The notes under the pieces were generated by a model. That model did no database searches, had not been told where the DNA came from, and saw only the letters and a program-made list of their open reading frames with translations. The position numbers and the translations under genes are program-made. From assembly GCF_000023965.1 (NCBI RefSeq), contig NC_013201.1, forward strand, positions 30,001-62,000: DNA of 32,000 nt, written 5' to 3'. The DNA is from Halomicrobium mukohataei DSM 12286. Lineage in GTDB: Archaea; Halobacteriota; Halobacteria; Halobacteriales; Haloarculaceae. Positions 8,820 to 17,250 of this stretch are shown piece by piece (the first letter of the stretch is position 1; each line of letters opens with the position of its first letter).

Positions 8820-8935
8820 CGTCGAAGGCGACGATCACGATCAAGGAGATCAACGACAACCGCTACTACTACTGGCAGTGGCGCGACGGCGAGCAGATCC
8901 GTTCCCAGTACGAAGGTCCCGTTGATCCGGCGTAG
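8820..8935 (+). pseudogene. 3' remnant of an unrelated gene joined in frame to the IS fragment
   Basis: Reads PSKATITIKEINDNRYYYWQWRDGEQIRSQYEGPVDPA, then TAG at 8933-8935. From memory only, an RYYY.QWRDG....S.Y.GP tail recurs in small haloarchaeal plasmid or virus-associated proteins. Confidence 0.35.
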
Positions 8936-8976
8936 TCGTCGCCCGAGGCGACAGTGGCTGGGACGGGTGCAACACA

Positions 8977-9290
8977 CCCCGTGTGCGAAGTGATTCTCGG
9001 GTCGTATCCGGAACACCACCCCCCGTGTGCGAGATGAATCGCGCCGGAAGCGGGACCGACACCGTGTGCGAAGTGAAGCGCTGTTCCGTGCTGGGTTCGC
9101 GCCGGAGCCGTGTCGCCGCCGCCAGTGAGTGGTACACACCCACCCCGTGTGCGAAGTGACTTGGGCGCACTCCGTCTGCGAAATGATCGATCGCGAGGTC
9201 GGCAACACACCGTCTGCGAGATGACCACCCCGTGTGCGAGATGAAACTGTCAGCGTGAGCGAGAGACAGCGACCGGCGTGTGCGAGCCGG
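8977..9290 (+). repeat. Cluster of 8 same-orientation ORB-like repeats (CCCCGTGTGCGA[AG][AG]TGA) downstream of orc1
   Basis: Core copies lie at 8977-8993, 9021-9037, 9060-9076, 9143-9159, 9170-9186 (GTCTGCGAAATGA variant), 9208-9224 (variant) and 9228-9244. A partial copy lies at 9275-9290. Confidence 0.75.
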
Positions 9291-9318
9291 ATCGGAGGAT
9301 CCCAGAGTCCGCGCGGCC

Positions 9319-10662
9319 TCACCCCTCGAAGAAGTCCTCGATCTGAGCGTTGACGACGGACTGGATCAGTGACTCGTCCTGCTCGACCTCTTCGAGTCGG
9401 ATGTCCGAGCGCAGCGTTTCGGCGACGACCTCTGGATCGTCGACGAACGTGTACTCTTTGTGGACGCCGCTGCCGTAGCCACGGCCCCGTTTCTCCGAGG
9501 TGACGAAGTTGTAGGTCTCGGCCTCGCCCATGTACCGGAGGTAGGAGTCTCGAGACTTCTCGTCCGTGTCCAGAAGCTCCGTGAGATACTGATAGACGCG
9601 GTAGGCGACCGTACTCGGGACGGCGTTGAGGTTGCGGTTCGAGTAGACCGGGACGATCGCCGTCGCGTACAGCGAGAGCTTCTTCTGGGAGGAGAGGCCC
9701 TGCATCTGGGTCAGCGTCCGGTCGCGTTCGGCCTCTTCCTGTGCGTCGCGAACGTGCTGTTCGTGGACCGTGTCGTCGCCGGCACGGTCCGCGATCTCGC
9801 CTGCCGTCCGGAACAGGTCGATCGCTTTCCGCGCGTCGCCGTGATCCTGTGCCGCGAAGGCAGCACTGAGCGGGATGATCCCGTCTTCGAGGACTCCCTC
9901 CTGGAACGCGTCGCGTCGGCGTTCCAGGATCGCCTGCAGCTGGTTGGCGTCGTAGTCCGAAAACACCACGTCCTGAGGGTTGAACGAGCTCTCGGCACGA
10001 CCGTCGAGTTCCTCCATGAAGCGCGGATCGTTCGTGAGGGCGGCGACCGAGACGTGCTGGTCGATCCGGCCCAGCTGAGAGGCCCGGGACAGCTGATACA
10101 GGAGTTTCGAGTACGCCGGTTCGTCGTTTGGATCCCGCTGGCGACCGACGAGCAGGTCGACCTCGTCGAGGATGATGATGACCGACTCGAAGTGTTCACT
10201 CAGAATGTCGTAGAAACGGTTGAGCTTCTGGCTCGTGGAGACCCCGCTCTGTGGGACGCCGACCTCGACGCCCGCTTTCGCCGCGGCGTTTTCCACGAGC
10301 TGGTAGACGGCTCGATCGTGTGATTTGAGCGTCTGGCAGTTGATTTCGACGACGCCGAAGTCGATGTCCTGGCTGTTTGCCAGTTCGATCACCTGCTGGC
10401 AGACGGCGTTGATGATCAGGGACTTGCCGGTCCCAGACGGGCCGTAGAGTAGCATATTCGGCGGGCGGTTGCCCTGCAGCGCCGGCCGGAGATACGTGAT
10501 GATGTCTTCGAGCTGTTCGTCGCGACCGACGATGCGGTCCTCGTCGATAACGGCGTCCGGATCGAGGAGACCCTTGTCCCTGAAAACGGAGTCCTGGACG
10601 CCCTCCTGAAGTCGTCCCTTGATAGACTGGGACAGTGACTGCTGGTCGTCGCCGTCACCCAT
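9319..10662 (-). CDS. orc1: Orc1/Cdc6 replication initiator
   Basis: Walker A LLYGPSGTGKS, Walker B VIIILDEVD, an AAA+ lid and a C-terminal winged-helix region are readable. I prefer the start MGDGDDQQ at 10662, which lies 26 nt downstream of a TATA-like element. The ORF-track start is 10689. Confidence 0.95.
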   Translation of the reverse strand: MGDGDDQQSLSQSIKGRLQEGVQDSVFRDKGLLDPDAVIDEDRIVGRDEQLEDIITYLRPALQGNRPPNMLLYGPSGTGKSLIINAVCQQVIELANSQDIDFGVVEINCQTLKSHDRAVYQLVENAAAKAGVEVGVPQSGVSTSQKLNRFYDILSEHFESVIIILDEVDLLVGRQRDPNDEPAYSKLLYQLSRASQLGRIDQHVSVAALTNDPRFMEELDGRAESSFNPQDVVFSDYDANQLQAILERRRDAFQEGVLEDGIIPLSAAFAAQDHGDARKAIDLFRTAGEIADRAGDDTVHEQHVRDAQEEAERDRTLTQMQGLSSQKKLSLYATAIVPVYSNRNLNAVPSTVAYRVYQYLTELLDTDEKSRDSYLRYMGEAETYNFVTSEKRGRGYGSGVHKEYTFVDDPEVVAETLRSDIRLEEVEQDESLIQSVVNAQIEDFFEG

Positions 10663-10687
10663 GATACCGTGATATAATCCACATCGC

Positions 10688-10695
10688 AAATAAAG
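10688..10695 (-). promoter_or_regulatory. Candidate TATA box for orc1
   Basis: The minus strand reads CTTTATTT, 26-33 nt upstream of the ATG at 10662. That spacing fits a leaderless haloarchaeal transcript. Confidence 0.4.
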
Positions 10696-10805
10696 ATTTG
10701 GAACCGCCTGCGAGATTAAATGTAGAGAATATACCGCATAGAGTCGATAATATCTGCGAAGAGATGGAGATGGGACGTACCGTGGGCAAAGTCAAATACC
10801 GACGT

Positions 10806-10865
10806 GTGCAGAGACGGACGAGTGTAGAGAAGGGGGTGTGTAGAGAAGGAGATGTGCAGAGAAGG
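10806..10865 (+). repeat. Four iteron-like direct repeats GTG[CT]AGAGA[AC]GG
   Basis: Copies lie at 10806-10817, 10823-10834, 10838-10849 and 10854-10865, spaced 15-17 bp apart. They resemble the GTGTGCGAGA core of the neighbouring ORB repeats. Confidence 0.7.
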
Positions 10866-10882
10866 AGATGAGAGGACACGGA

Positions 10883-11160
10883 CCCCGTGTGCGAGATGAA
10901 ACGAGAATCCGGAAACCACGACGACTGTGAAGATCGAGGGAACACCGTTTCAGCGGGTTCGGATTGCGTCCCGATTCGGACGACGTGCGGACCCACACAC
11001 CCCGTGTGCGAAATGAAATGCAGACGAACGGAAAGGTACTGGTAGAGAGTCGAGTTCCGACGGCGGTCGGGATCCGTCGCCCCCACACCCCGTGTGCGAA
11101 GTGAATCGCCGTGGAGAACAGAATGGGGAAGTTGACCCCCACACCCCGTGTGCGAGATGA
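10883..11160 (+). repeat. Four ORB-like repeats upstream of orc1
   Basis: CCCCGTGTGCGA[AG][AG]TGA occurs at 10883-10899, 11000-11016, 11088-11104 and 11144-11160. Most copies are preceded by a CACAC or C-rich extension (a G-string on the other strand). Confidence 0.75.
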
Positions 11161-11239
11161 AATCGGCAAAGAAGGAGAGTCCCCTTCCAGCCGGAGTCAG
11201 TGACGGATATCGTCGCAGTGGTCGAGGAGCCGCGTTAGA

Positions 11240-11490
11240 GGTCTATAAAGACGTATCTAGGGATGGCTGACGATCGATAGGTTACTGCAGTCGTTTTAGA
11301 TCGTCGGTATATGTTATGTGTATTTTATCTAAGCTATCTAGACTATCTAGCATATTTTCATTCTCTTTCTCAGTTCTTCTTGCAGTACGGCTTTGGTTTT
11401 TCCTTCTTAGTAATAAGTATTCCTATTGTACTAGCTTATTTTCTATTTTGGTCTTTCAGACTCTCTCTTTGCTGAAAACATCGATATTGG
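11240..11490. other. AT-rich candidate duplex-unwinding element of a replication origin
   Basis: This is the only strongly AT-rich stretch in the window (for example TATATGTTATGTGTATTTTATCTAAGCTATCTAGACTATCTAGCATATTTTCA). It is bracketed by ORB copies of opposite orientation at 11144-11160 (+) and 11552-11568 (-). Confidence 0.6.
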
Positions 11491-11551
11491 CTGCTTCCTG
11501 TCTCAGCTCGCCCGCTCTCCCTAGCACCCCACCCCCACTCTCTCACCGATT

Positions 11552-11568
11552 TCATATCGCACACGGGG
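11552..11568 (-). repeat. Inverted ORB-like repeat closing the origin
   Basis: The plus strand reads TCATATCGCACACGGGG, the reverse complement of CCCCGTGTGCGATATGA. It is followed by TGAGGGGGT. Confidence 0.7.
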
Positions 11569-11577
11569 TGAGGGGGT

Positions 11578-11650
11578 TCACCCACTCACTCACCCACTCA
11601 CTCACCCACTCACTCACCCACTCACTCACCTACTTACTCGCTCACCCACT
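11578..11650. repeat. 12-bp tandem repeat (CCCACTCACTCA)n
   Basis: Four perfect copies span 11581-11628. A degenerate fifth copy (CCTACTTACTCG) and a partial sixth follow. The repeat lies between the origin and the stop of the HEAT-kinase gene. Confidence 0.95.
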
Positions 11651-11674
11651 TCGAGTGCTCTAAACAGTCGACGA

Positions 11675-14500
11675 CTACAGGTCTTCACACGCCTCCTGTA
11701 GAGCGTCCCGGAGGTACAGGATGTCGTCGTACCGCTGGGCTTTCGATTTGGACAGTGCCGTCAACAGGATCTCGTCTACGCGCGGTGGGACCGCTGCGAT
11801 CTCGCTTGGCGGCGTCGGCTCACTCTCCAGGATCTGGTACATCGCCTTCGATGGATTACTGTCGAACGGTGGCTGTCCGGTGAACAGCTCGTAGAAGACC
11901 GCGCCGAGTTGATAGATGTCCGTGCTGTGATCGCTGGTCCCGTAGTCGTCGTCGAACTGCTCCGGTGCGGCGTACTGTGGCGTGAGCCCCTGTACGCTCT
12001 GGGAGTGTTCGAGCAACTGCTTCGAGAGTCCCCAGTCCGCTACTTTCGGCACGTCCCAGGCGTCTTCGACCGTCCGAAAGAGGACGTTCTCGGGCTTGAG
12101 ATCGAGGTGAGCGACGCCGTGCTTGTGTGCGTGGCGAACGGCCTTCGTGACTGCGAGCGCGGTCCAGAGCTTCTGGGCCAGACTCATCTCTCCAGCCCGT
12201 TCGCCGAGGTGTCCGCCGTCCATGAACTCCATTCCGATCCACGGGACCGGGCTCGCCCCCCAGTCGACGACGCCGACGATGTGGTCGTGTCCGTCCAGCC
12301 TGTCCCACCGCTCGGCTTCGTCGAGCAACCGCTCGATCGTCTCGCCGTGAATCGTCCCCGACATCCGTGGTCTCTTGATCGCGATCGACGTGTCTTCCGT
12401 CCCGCTCGAAACCGACGCCTCCACCACGTCGGCGTTGCCTCCCTGTCCGATCGTCCGTTCCTCTTCGATCTCGTCGAGGGCGATCTCCGCTTCTGGCGCA
12501 CCCGGAATGTCTGCCGGTCGCCGTTTGTCGACGTGGACCGACGCTGAGCTGTCGTCATCGTCGTCCTCTGACGTGTTTGCAGCTAGAATTGCCTCTACTC
12601 GCTCGACCGTCGCCGCTCCGAACCGCTTCGACTCGCCAGAGCGGAGCAGGTCTCGCAACGGCTCCGGATCGTGTCTGGCGACCTGGGCGAAACAGGACCC
12701 TGCGTAGTCCTCGATGGTGTCGTTCCCGTCTGCCAGTAGTGGGACGATCGACGGAAGGTAGTCGGCGACCCGTGACGGGTGTTCTTCGGATACGGTTGCG
12801 AACGTGGAGGCGGCGAACTTTCGTGTCGATCGCTTCGGATCGTCGAGTCGCGATTCGATCGCGTCCAGATGGTCGACCACCTGTCGGGGCTCTTCTTTGG
12901 CCACTTCCGTGAACACGTAGGTCGCAAGGTTTCGCGTGTTCTCGCTCTCGTCGTCGAGTCGCGGTTCGAGTGCGTCCAGATAGCCACTCACTCGCCGAGG
13001 GGAGACCTCGACGCCCTCGCTGAACGGAGTGGTCGCGAAGTTTCGCGTCGGTCGTTTGGGGTCGTCGAGCCGTGGTACGAGCGCGTCTAAGTAGTCGAGT
13101 GTCTGCCGGGGCTCTTCCTTGGAGACCTCTCCGAAGACGTAGGCCGCGAGGTTTCGCGTGTTCTCGCTCTCGTCGTCGAGTCGCGGTTCGAGGGCGTCTA
13201 TATGGCCACTCACTCGCTGGGGGGCAACCTCGACGGCTTCGCCGAACGCGGTGGTCGCGAAGTTCCGCGTGTTCCCACTCGCATCGTCGAGGCGGTCTTC
13301 GAGCGCGTCCAGAGAGTCGAGAACCTGGTTCGGTTTCTCGTTAGCGACTTGCTTGAAGACGTAGGTCGCGAAGTTTCTCGTTCCTTGGCTTTCGTCATCG
13401 AGGCGATCTTCGAGCGCGTCGAGATAGTCAATCGTCAGCCGTGGATCTTCCTTGGAGACTTCCTTGAAGACGTAGGTTGCGAAGTTTCTCGTTTCCTGGC
13501 TCTGATCGTCGAGGCGGTCTTCGAGCGCGTCGAGATAGTCATACGCGAGGCGTGGCTCTTTTTTGGCGACTTCCTTGAAGACGTACGCTGCGAAGTTCCT
13601 CGTCTTCTCTCCCCGGTCGTCGAGGCAGTCTTCGAGCGCGTCGAGATAGCCGCTCGTGTGGCGTGGCTTCTCCTTTGCGACTTCCTTGAAAACGTAGGCC
13701 GCGAGGTGTCTCGTGTTCTCACTCTCGTCGTCGAGTCGTGGTTCGAGCGCGTCCAGAGAACGACTCACTGGCCGGGGGGCGACTTCGACGACTTCGCTGA
13801 ACGCGGTAGTCGCGAAGTTCCGAGTGGATTGTTTGGCATCGTCGAGCCGTGGCTCGATCGCGTCCAGATAGTCGATCACCTGTCGGGGTTCTTCCCTAGA
13901 GACCTCTCCGAAGACGTAGGTCGCGAGGCTTCGCGTATTTTCGCTCTTGTCGTCGAGCCGCGGTTCGATCGCGTCCAGATGGTCGCTCACTCGACGGGGA
14001 TCGACTTCGACCACTTCGCTGAACACGGAGACCGCGAAGTTTCGTGTCGATTCCTCGGCGTCGTCGAGTCGCGGTTCGACCGCGTCGAGAGAGTCGATTA
14101 CCTGCCGGGGGTCCTCCTGGGCGACCTCTTTGAAGACGTAGGTCGCGAGATTTCGCGTATTTTCGCTCTCGTCGTTGAGGCGTGGTTCGATGGCGTCCAG
14201 ATAGTCACTCACTCGCCGGGGGTCGACTTCGACGACCTCGCTGAACGCGAACAGCGTGAAGTTTCGCGTCTTGCTGTTCGAATCCTCGAGACGCGGTTCG
14301 AGAGTGTCGAGATAGCCCCTCACTCGCCGTGCGTCCGATTTGGCGACCTGCTTGAACACGTAGGTAGCTGTCTGGCGGTTCTTGGGCTGGTTGCTGTCGA
14401 GAAACCGACCGGCCGCGTCGAGATCTACCCGGGCCGGAGCGCCATCGGCGTCACGCCGCAGACTGTCGATCTCACGAGTCGAATCCTCGTCGGTGTCCAT
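11675..14500 (-). CDS. HEAT-like repeat array fused to a C-terminal Hanks-type Ser/Thr kinase
   Basis: About 15 tandem 37-aa repeats (LDA[IL]EPRLDD.S.NTRN.A.YVF.EV..E.PR) span roughly 12690-14410. The kinase spans roughly 11690-12490, with motifs GQGGNADVV, IAIKRP, HLDLKPENVLF, ADWGLSK and APEQ. A TATA-like ATAATTT (minus strand, 14529-14535) lies about 30 nt upstream of the ATG at 14500. Confidence 0.95.
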   Translation of the reverse strand: MDTDEDSTREIDSLRRDADGAPARVDLDAAGRFLDSNQPKNRQTATYVFKQVAKSDARRVRGYLDTLEPRLEDSNSKTRNFTLFAFSEVVEVDPRRVSDYLDAIEPRLNDESENTRNLATYVFKEVAQEDPRQVIDSLDAVEPRLDDAEESTRNFAVSVFSEVVEVDPRRVSDHLDAIEPRLDDKSENTRSLATYVFGEVSREEPRQVIDYLDAIEPRLDDAKQSTRNFATTAFSEVVEVAPRPVSRSLDALEPRLDDESENTRHLAAYVFKEVAKEKPRHTSGYLDALEDCLDDRGEKTRNFAAYVFKEVAKKEPRLAYDYLDALEDRLDDQSQETRNFATYVFKEVSKEDPRLTIDYLDALEDRLDDESQGTRNFATYVFKQVANEKPNQVLDSLDALEDRLDDASGNTRNFATTAFGEAVEVAPQRVSGHIDALEPRLDDESENTRNLAAYVFGEVSKEEPRQTLDYLDALVPRLDDPKRPTRNFATTPFSEGVEVSPRRVSGYLDALEPRLDDESENTRNLATYVFTEVAKEEPRQVVDHLDAIESRLDDPKRSTRKFAASTFATVSEEHPSRVADYLPSIVPLLADGNDTIEDYAGSCFAQVARHDPEPLRDLLRSGESKRFGAATVERVEAILAANTSEDDDDDSSASVHVDKRRPADIPGAPEAEIALDEIEEERTIGQGGNADVVEASVSSGTEDTSIAIKRPRMSGTIHGETIERLLDEAERWDRLDGHDHIVGVVDWGASPVPWIGMEFMDGGHLGERAGEMSLAQKLWTALAVTKAVRHAHKHGVAHLDLKPENVLFRTVEDAWDVPKVADWGLSKQLLEHSQSVQGLTPQYAAPEQFDDDYGTSDHSTDIYQLGAVFYELFTGQPPFDSNPSKAMYQILESEPTPPSEIAAVPPRVDEILLTALSKSKAQRYDDILYLRDALQEACEDL

Positions 14501-14640
14501 CGCTCCTCTCGGCGTAGGATCTCCAGTTCAAATTATCTTCCCACTAGAACACCTCTCGAATCGGAGCGAATACGGACACTCCTCGGTCACGTTCCTCTCG
14601 GTCAGTACGTTGAAGCCACTCCCAGTCCAACGACCTGCAG

Positions 14641-17226
14641 ATGAGTGACTCACGGGAGCCGGACCCTTCGACCGTCGAGAGCCCGAGTCGGCGGTCGCTG
14701 TCGCCCGACTCGTTCGATCACGGGGCAGTGATCGGTCGAACTCCCACGACGGTCGTCCACCGGATCGGGGTCGGCGCGGACGATCAGATCGCGGTCAAAC
14801 ACCCGGCGACCCACGGGACCCTGGGCGGTGACGTGTTCGATTCGTTTCGACGGGAGGGCAAACGGTGGGCTCAACTGGCCGACCACCCCCACATCGTCGG
14901 CGTCGTCGACTGGGGCGAGAGCCCGCTGCCGTGGCTCCACCACGACGCCGACGTGCCGTGGGTCGCGATGGAGTACATGGACGGCGGGGATCTCGGGGAG
15001 TACACGGAGGAGCTCTCCATTGAGGGCAAGCTCTGGGTCGCCGAGCGACTCGCCGACGCCGTCTGGTACGCACACCACGACGGCGGCGGCCTGATCCACC
15101 ACGATCTGAAGCCCGAGAACATCCTCTTCCGCGAAACGCCGGACGAACAGTGGGACGTGCCCAAGATCGCCGACTGGGAGCTCGCCCGGACGCTCCTGAA
15201 CCACTCCGACAGCGTCGGCGTCACCACGCCACAGTACGTCGCGCCCGAACAGGCCCACAACGAGTCGACCGACCAGCTCACCGACCAGTTCCAGCTGGGA
15301 ATCGTCCTCTACGAGCTGTTTACCGGGACCTATCCGTTCGTCGACGGTCCCGAGTCGGCACCCGAAGCGGCACTGATCACGGGCATCCTGCGGAACGATC
15401 CCGTCCCGCCCAGCGAGCGTCGACCCGTGGTGCCGTCGGCGCTGGACGACGTGGTCCTGACGATGCTGGCAAAGGACCCCGACGATCGCTACGAGGCGAT
15501 GCTCCAGGTCCGGAACGACCTGCGTGCGATCGAGCCAGGCGACGACCGCTCCGAGGAACCGGAGCCGAACCCGGCCGCTCGGAGCCGTCCTGACTCCCGT
15601 TCGGTGCCGACCCAGACGGCCGACTGGAACGGTGTCGGCGTCGGCACTGGCGTGGTCCTCGACACCACTGCTCGCGGAGCGGCGGCGATCAGGACCGACC
15701 TGGCAGACGACGGGACCTTCTACCTGAGCGATCTGGACCACGATCTCGAACCCACCCAACGGGTCTCGCTCTACTACGAGGGGGACGATCCGGGAGCGAG
15801 CGACATTATCGAGGTCCAGCCCGTCGAGAGCGACGAGGAGCCGCCCGCAGTGGGCGACAGCGAGACGTTCGGCGAGGGCGTGGTGATCGACACGACCGGC
15901 GACAGCAAGGCGGCCGTCGAGACCGACCTCGCCACCGACGGCGTGTTCTACCTCAGCGGTATCGAGGCGACCCTCCAGACCGGTGACGCGGTCGCGCTTC
16001 GCTACGAGGGATCCGATCCGACGGCGAGTGACGTCTCGCAGGTGGTGCCGATCGACGAACTCGACGCGACGGCGTCCGTCGCGGCCGACGACACCGGAGA
16101 GGGCGAACCCGCGGGGGAATCCTCCCCGGCCGGAGAGGTCGAACCCGCGGAGGAAACACCAGCCACCGACAGCGCCCGGCCGATACGAGGGAGTTGGCCG
16201 CGATCCGGGAACGATCAGGGCCGCACGCACGCAACGGACCAACAGGGTCCCGACGGTTCCGTCGACGTGCTGTGGCAGGCGGAGATCGGGAGCGGTCTCG
16301 AAGCGCCGCCGGTCGTCGCCGACGGGACCGTCTACGCCGGGTGCTCGAACGGAACGACGGTCGCACTCGACGCGGGGACGGGAACGAAACGCTGGCAGTT
16401 CGAGACGAGAAACGACGTCGTCGCCGCGCCGGTCGTCGCCGGTGAGACGCTGTATGCGGTGAGCAAGGACGCCCACGTGTACGCGATCGACCGCGAAGCG
16501 GGTACCGAGCGCTGGGCCTACGACACCGGGAGCGCGATATACGCACCACCGGTGGTGGCCAACGACCGCGTCGTCGTCACCGCACGTTCGGGCGCTGTCG
16601 CGGCGATCCACACCGAGAGCGGAACCGAAATGTGGGCCGTCGAGACGACGCCCGGCATTCGCGTTCCGGTGACCCAGTACGGCCGGCGACGGCTGCTGGT
16701 CGGTGACGACAACGGCGTGGTACACGTCCTGACGAAGGGTGGCTCCGAGCAGGCGACGATCGACATCAGTGGCCGTGGGCGCATCCGAACGCCGATCGTC
16801 GCGCCGGGAAACTCCGGAACGGTGCTGGTCGGTGACACGCTGGTCGACCTACAGCGCGAGACCGTCGTCGATACGCTCGCCCGCGGGGTCCGGTCGCTGC
16901 CCGCCGTCGACGAGGGGACGGCCTACCACGTGACCGATACGGAAGTCAGGGGCATCGAGATCTACAGCGGCGAGCAGATCGTTTCCTACGGCTTCGACGG
17001 CTCGACGAGTCGTCTCGGGACAGAAACGACACCGGCGATCGCCGACGGCATCGTGTACACGGGCCTCGGTGACGGAACGGTCGTCGCGTTCGACGGCACG
17101 ACCGGGCGGGAACGCTGGCGACGAGAGCTCGGCTCGACGGTCGCCGGGTCGCCGGTTCTCCTGGACGGACACCTCTTCGCCGCGACGCGTGACGGGACCC
17201 TCTACGCGCTCGCCGGCCAGGCGTGA
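14641..17226 (+). CDS. Ser/Thr kinase-like domain / duplicated small beta-rich domain / PQQ-like beta-propeller protein
   Basis: The kinase spans about 14700-15530 (IAVKHP, HHDLKPENILF, IADWELAR, APEQ). Two tandem domains lie at 15649-16056 (GVV.DTT...A.TDLA.DG.FYLS). PQQ/BamB-like blades span about 16264-17223 (AAPVVAGETLYAVSKDAHVYAIDREAGTERW and similar). Confidence 0.95.
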   Translation: MSDSREPDPSTVESPSRRSLSPDSFDHGAVIGRTPTTVVHRIGVGADDQIAVKHPATHGTLGGDVFDSFRREGKRWAQLADHPHIVGVVDWGESPLPWLHHDADVPWVAMEYMDGGDLGEYTEELSIEGKLWVAERLADAVWYAHHDGGGLIHHDLKPENILFRETPDEQWDVPKIADWELARTLLNHSDSVGVTTPQYVAPEQAHNESTDQLTDQFQLGIVLYELFTGTYPFVDGPESAPEAALITGILRNDPVPPSERRPVVPSALDDVVLTMLAKDPDDRYEAMLQVRNDLRAIEPGDDRSEEPEPNPAARSRPDSRSVPTQTADWNGVGVGTGVVLDTTARGAAAIRTDLADDGTFYLSDLDHDLEPTQRVSLYYEGDDPGASDIIEVQPVESDEEPPAVGDSETFGEGVVIDTTGDSKAAVETDLATDGVFYLSGIEATLQTGDAVALRYEGSDPTASDVSQVVPIDELDATASVAADDTGEGEPAGESSPAGEVEPAEETPATDSARPIRGSWPRSGNDQGRTHATDQQGPDGSVDVLWQAEIGSGLEAPPVVADGTVYAGCSNGTTVALDAGTGTKRWQFETRNDVVAAPVVAGETLYAVSKDAHVYAIDREAGTERWAYDTGSAIYAPPVVANDRVVVTARSGAVAAIHTESGTEMWAVETTPGIRVPVTQYGRRRLLVGDDNGVVHVLTKGGSEQATIDISGRGRIRTPIVAPGNSGTVLVGDTLVDLQRETVVDTLARGVRSLPAVDEGTAYHVTDTEVRGIEIYSGEQIVSYGFDGSTSRLGTETTPAIADGIVYTGLGDGTVVAFDGTTGRERWRRELGSTVAGSPVLLDGHLFAATRDGTLYALAGQA

Positions 17227-17250
17227 CGACTCGGTTCGCCCGCGATCTCC

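Noticed and set aside
8570-11169. Minus-strand ORFs (8570-9322, 8850-9228, 10655-11169 and others) with recurring FAHGV / ISHTG / SRTRG peptides
   Set aside because: The peptides are frame translations of the ORB-like DNA repeat. These regions are origin repeats, not coding sequence.
11316-11663. 115-aa plus-strand ORF ending in THSLTHSLTHSL
   Set aside because: It spans the AT-rich unwinding element and the 12-bp microsatellite. Its Ser/Leu/Phe-rich low-complexity composition is unlike the acidic proteome of this window.
13202-14644. 480-aa plus-strand ORF
   Set aside because: It is antisense to the HEAT-repeat array. Its internal repetitiveness simply mirrors the 111/222-bp DNA repeats of the real minus-strand gene.
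14650-16725. 691-aa minus-strand ORF
   Set aside because: It is antisense to the kinase-PQQ gene. It is Arg/Gly/Val-rich with no recognisable motifs, the typical shadow ORF of GC-rich DNA, whereas the plus frame has clear kinase and propeller motifs.
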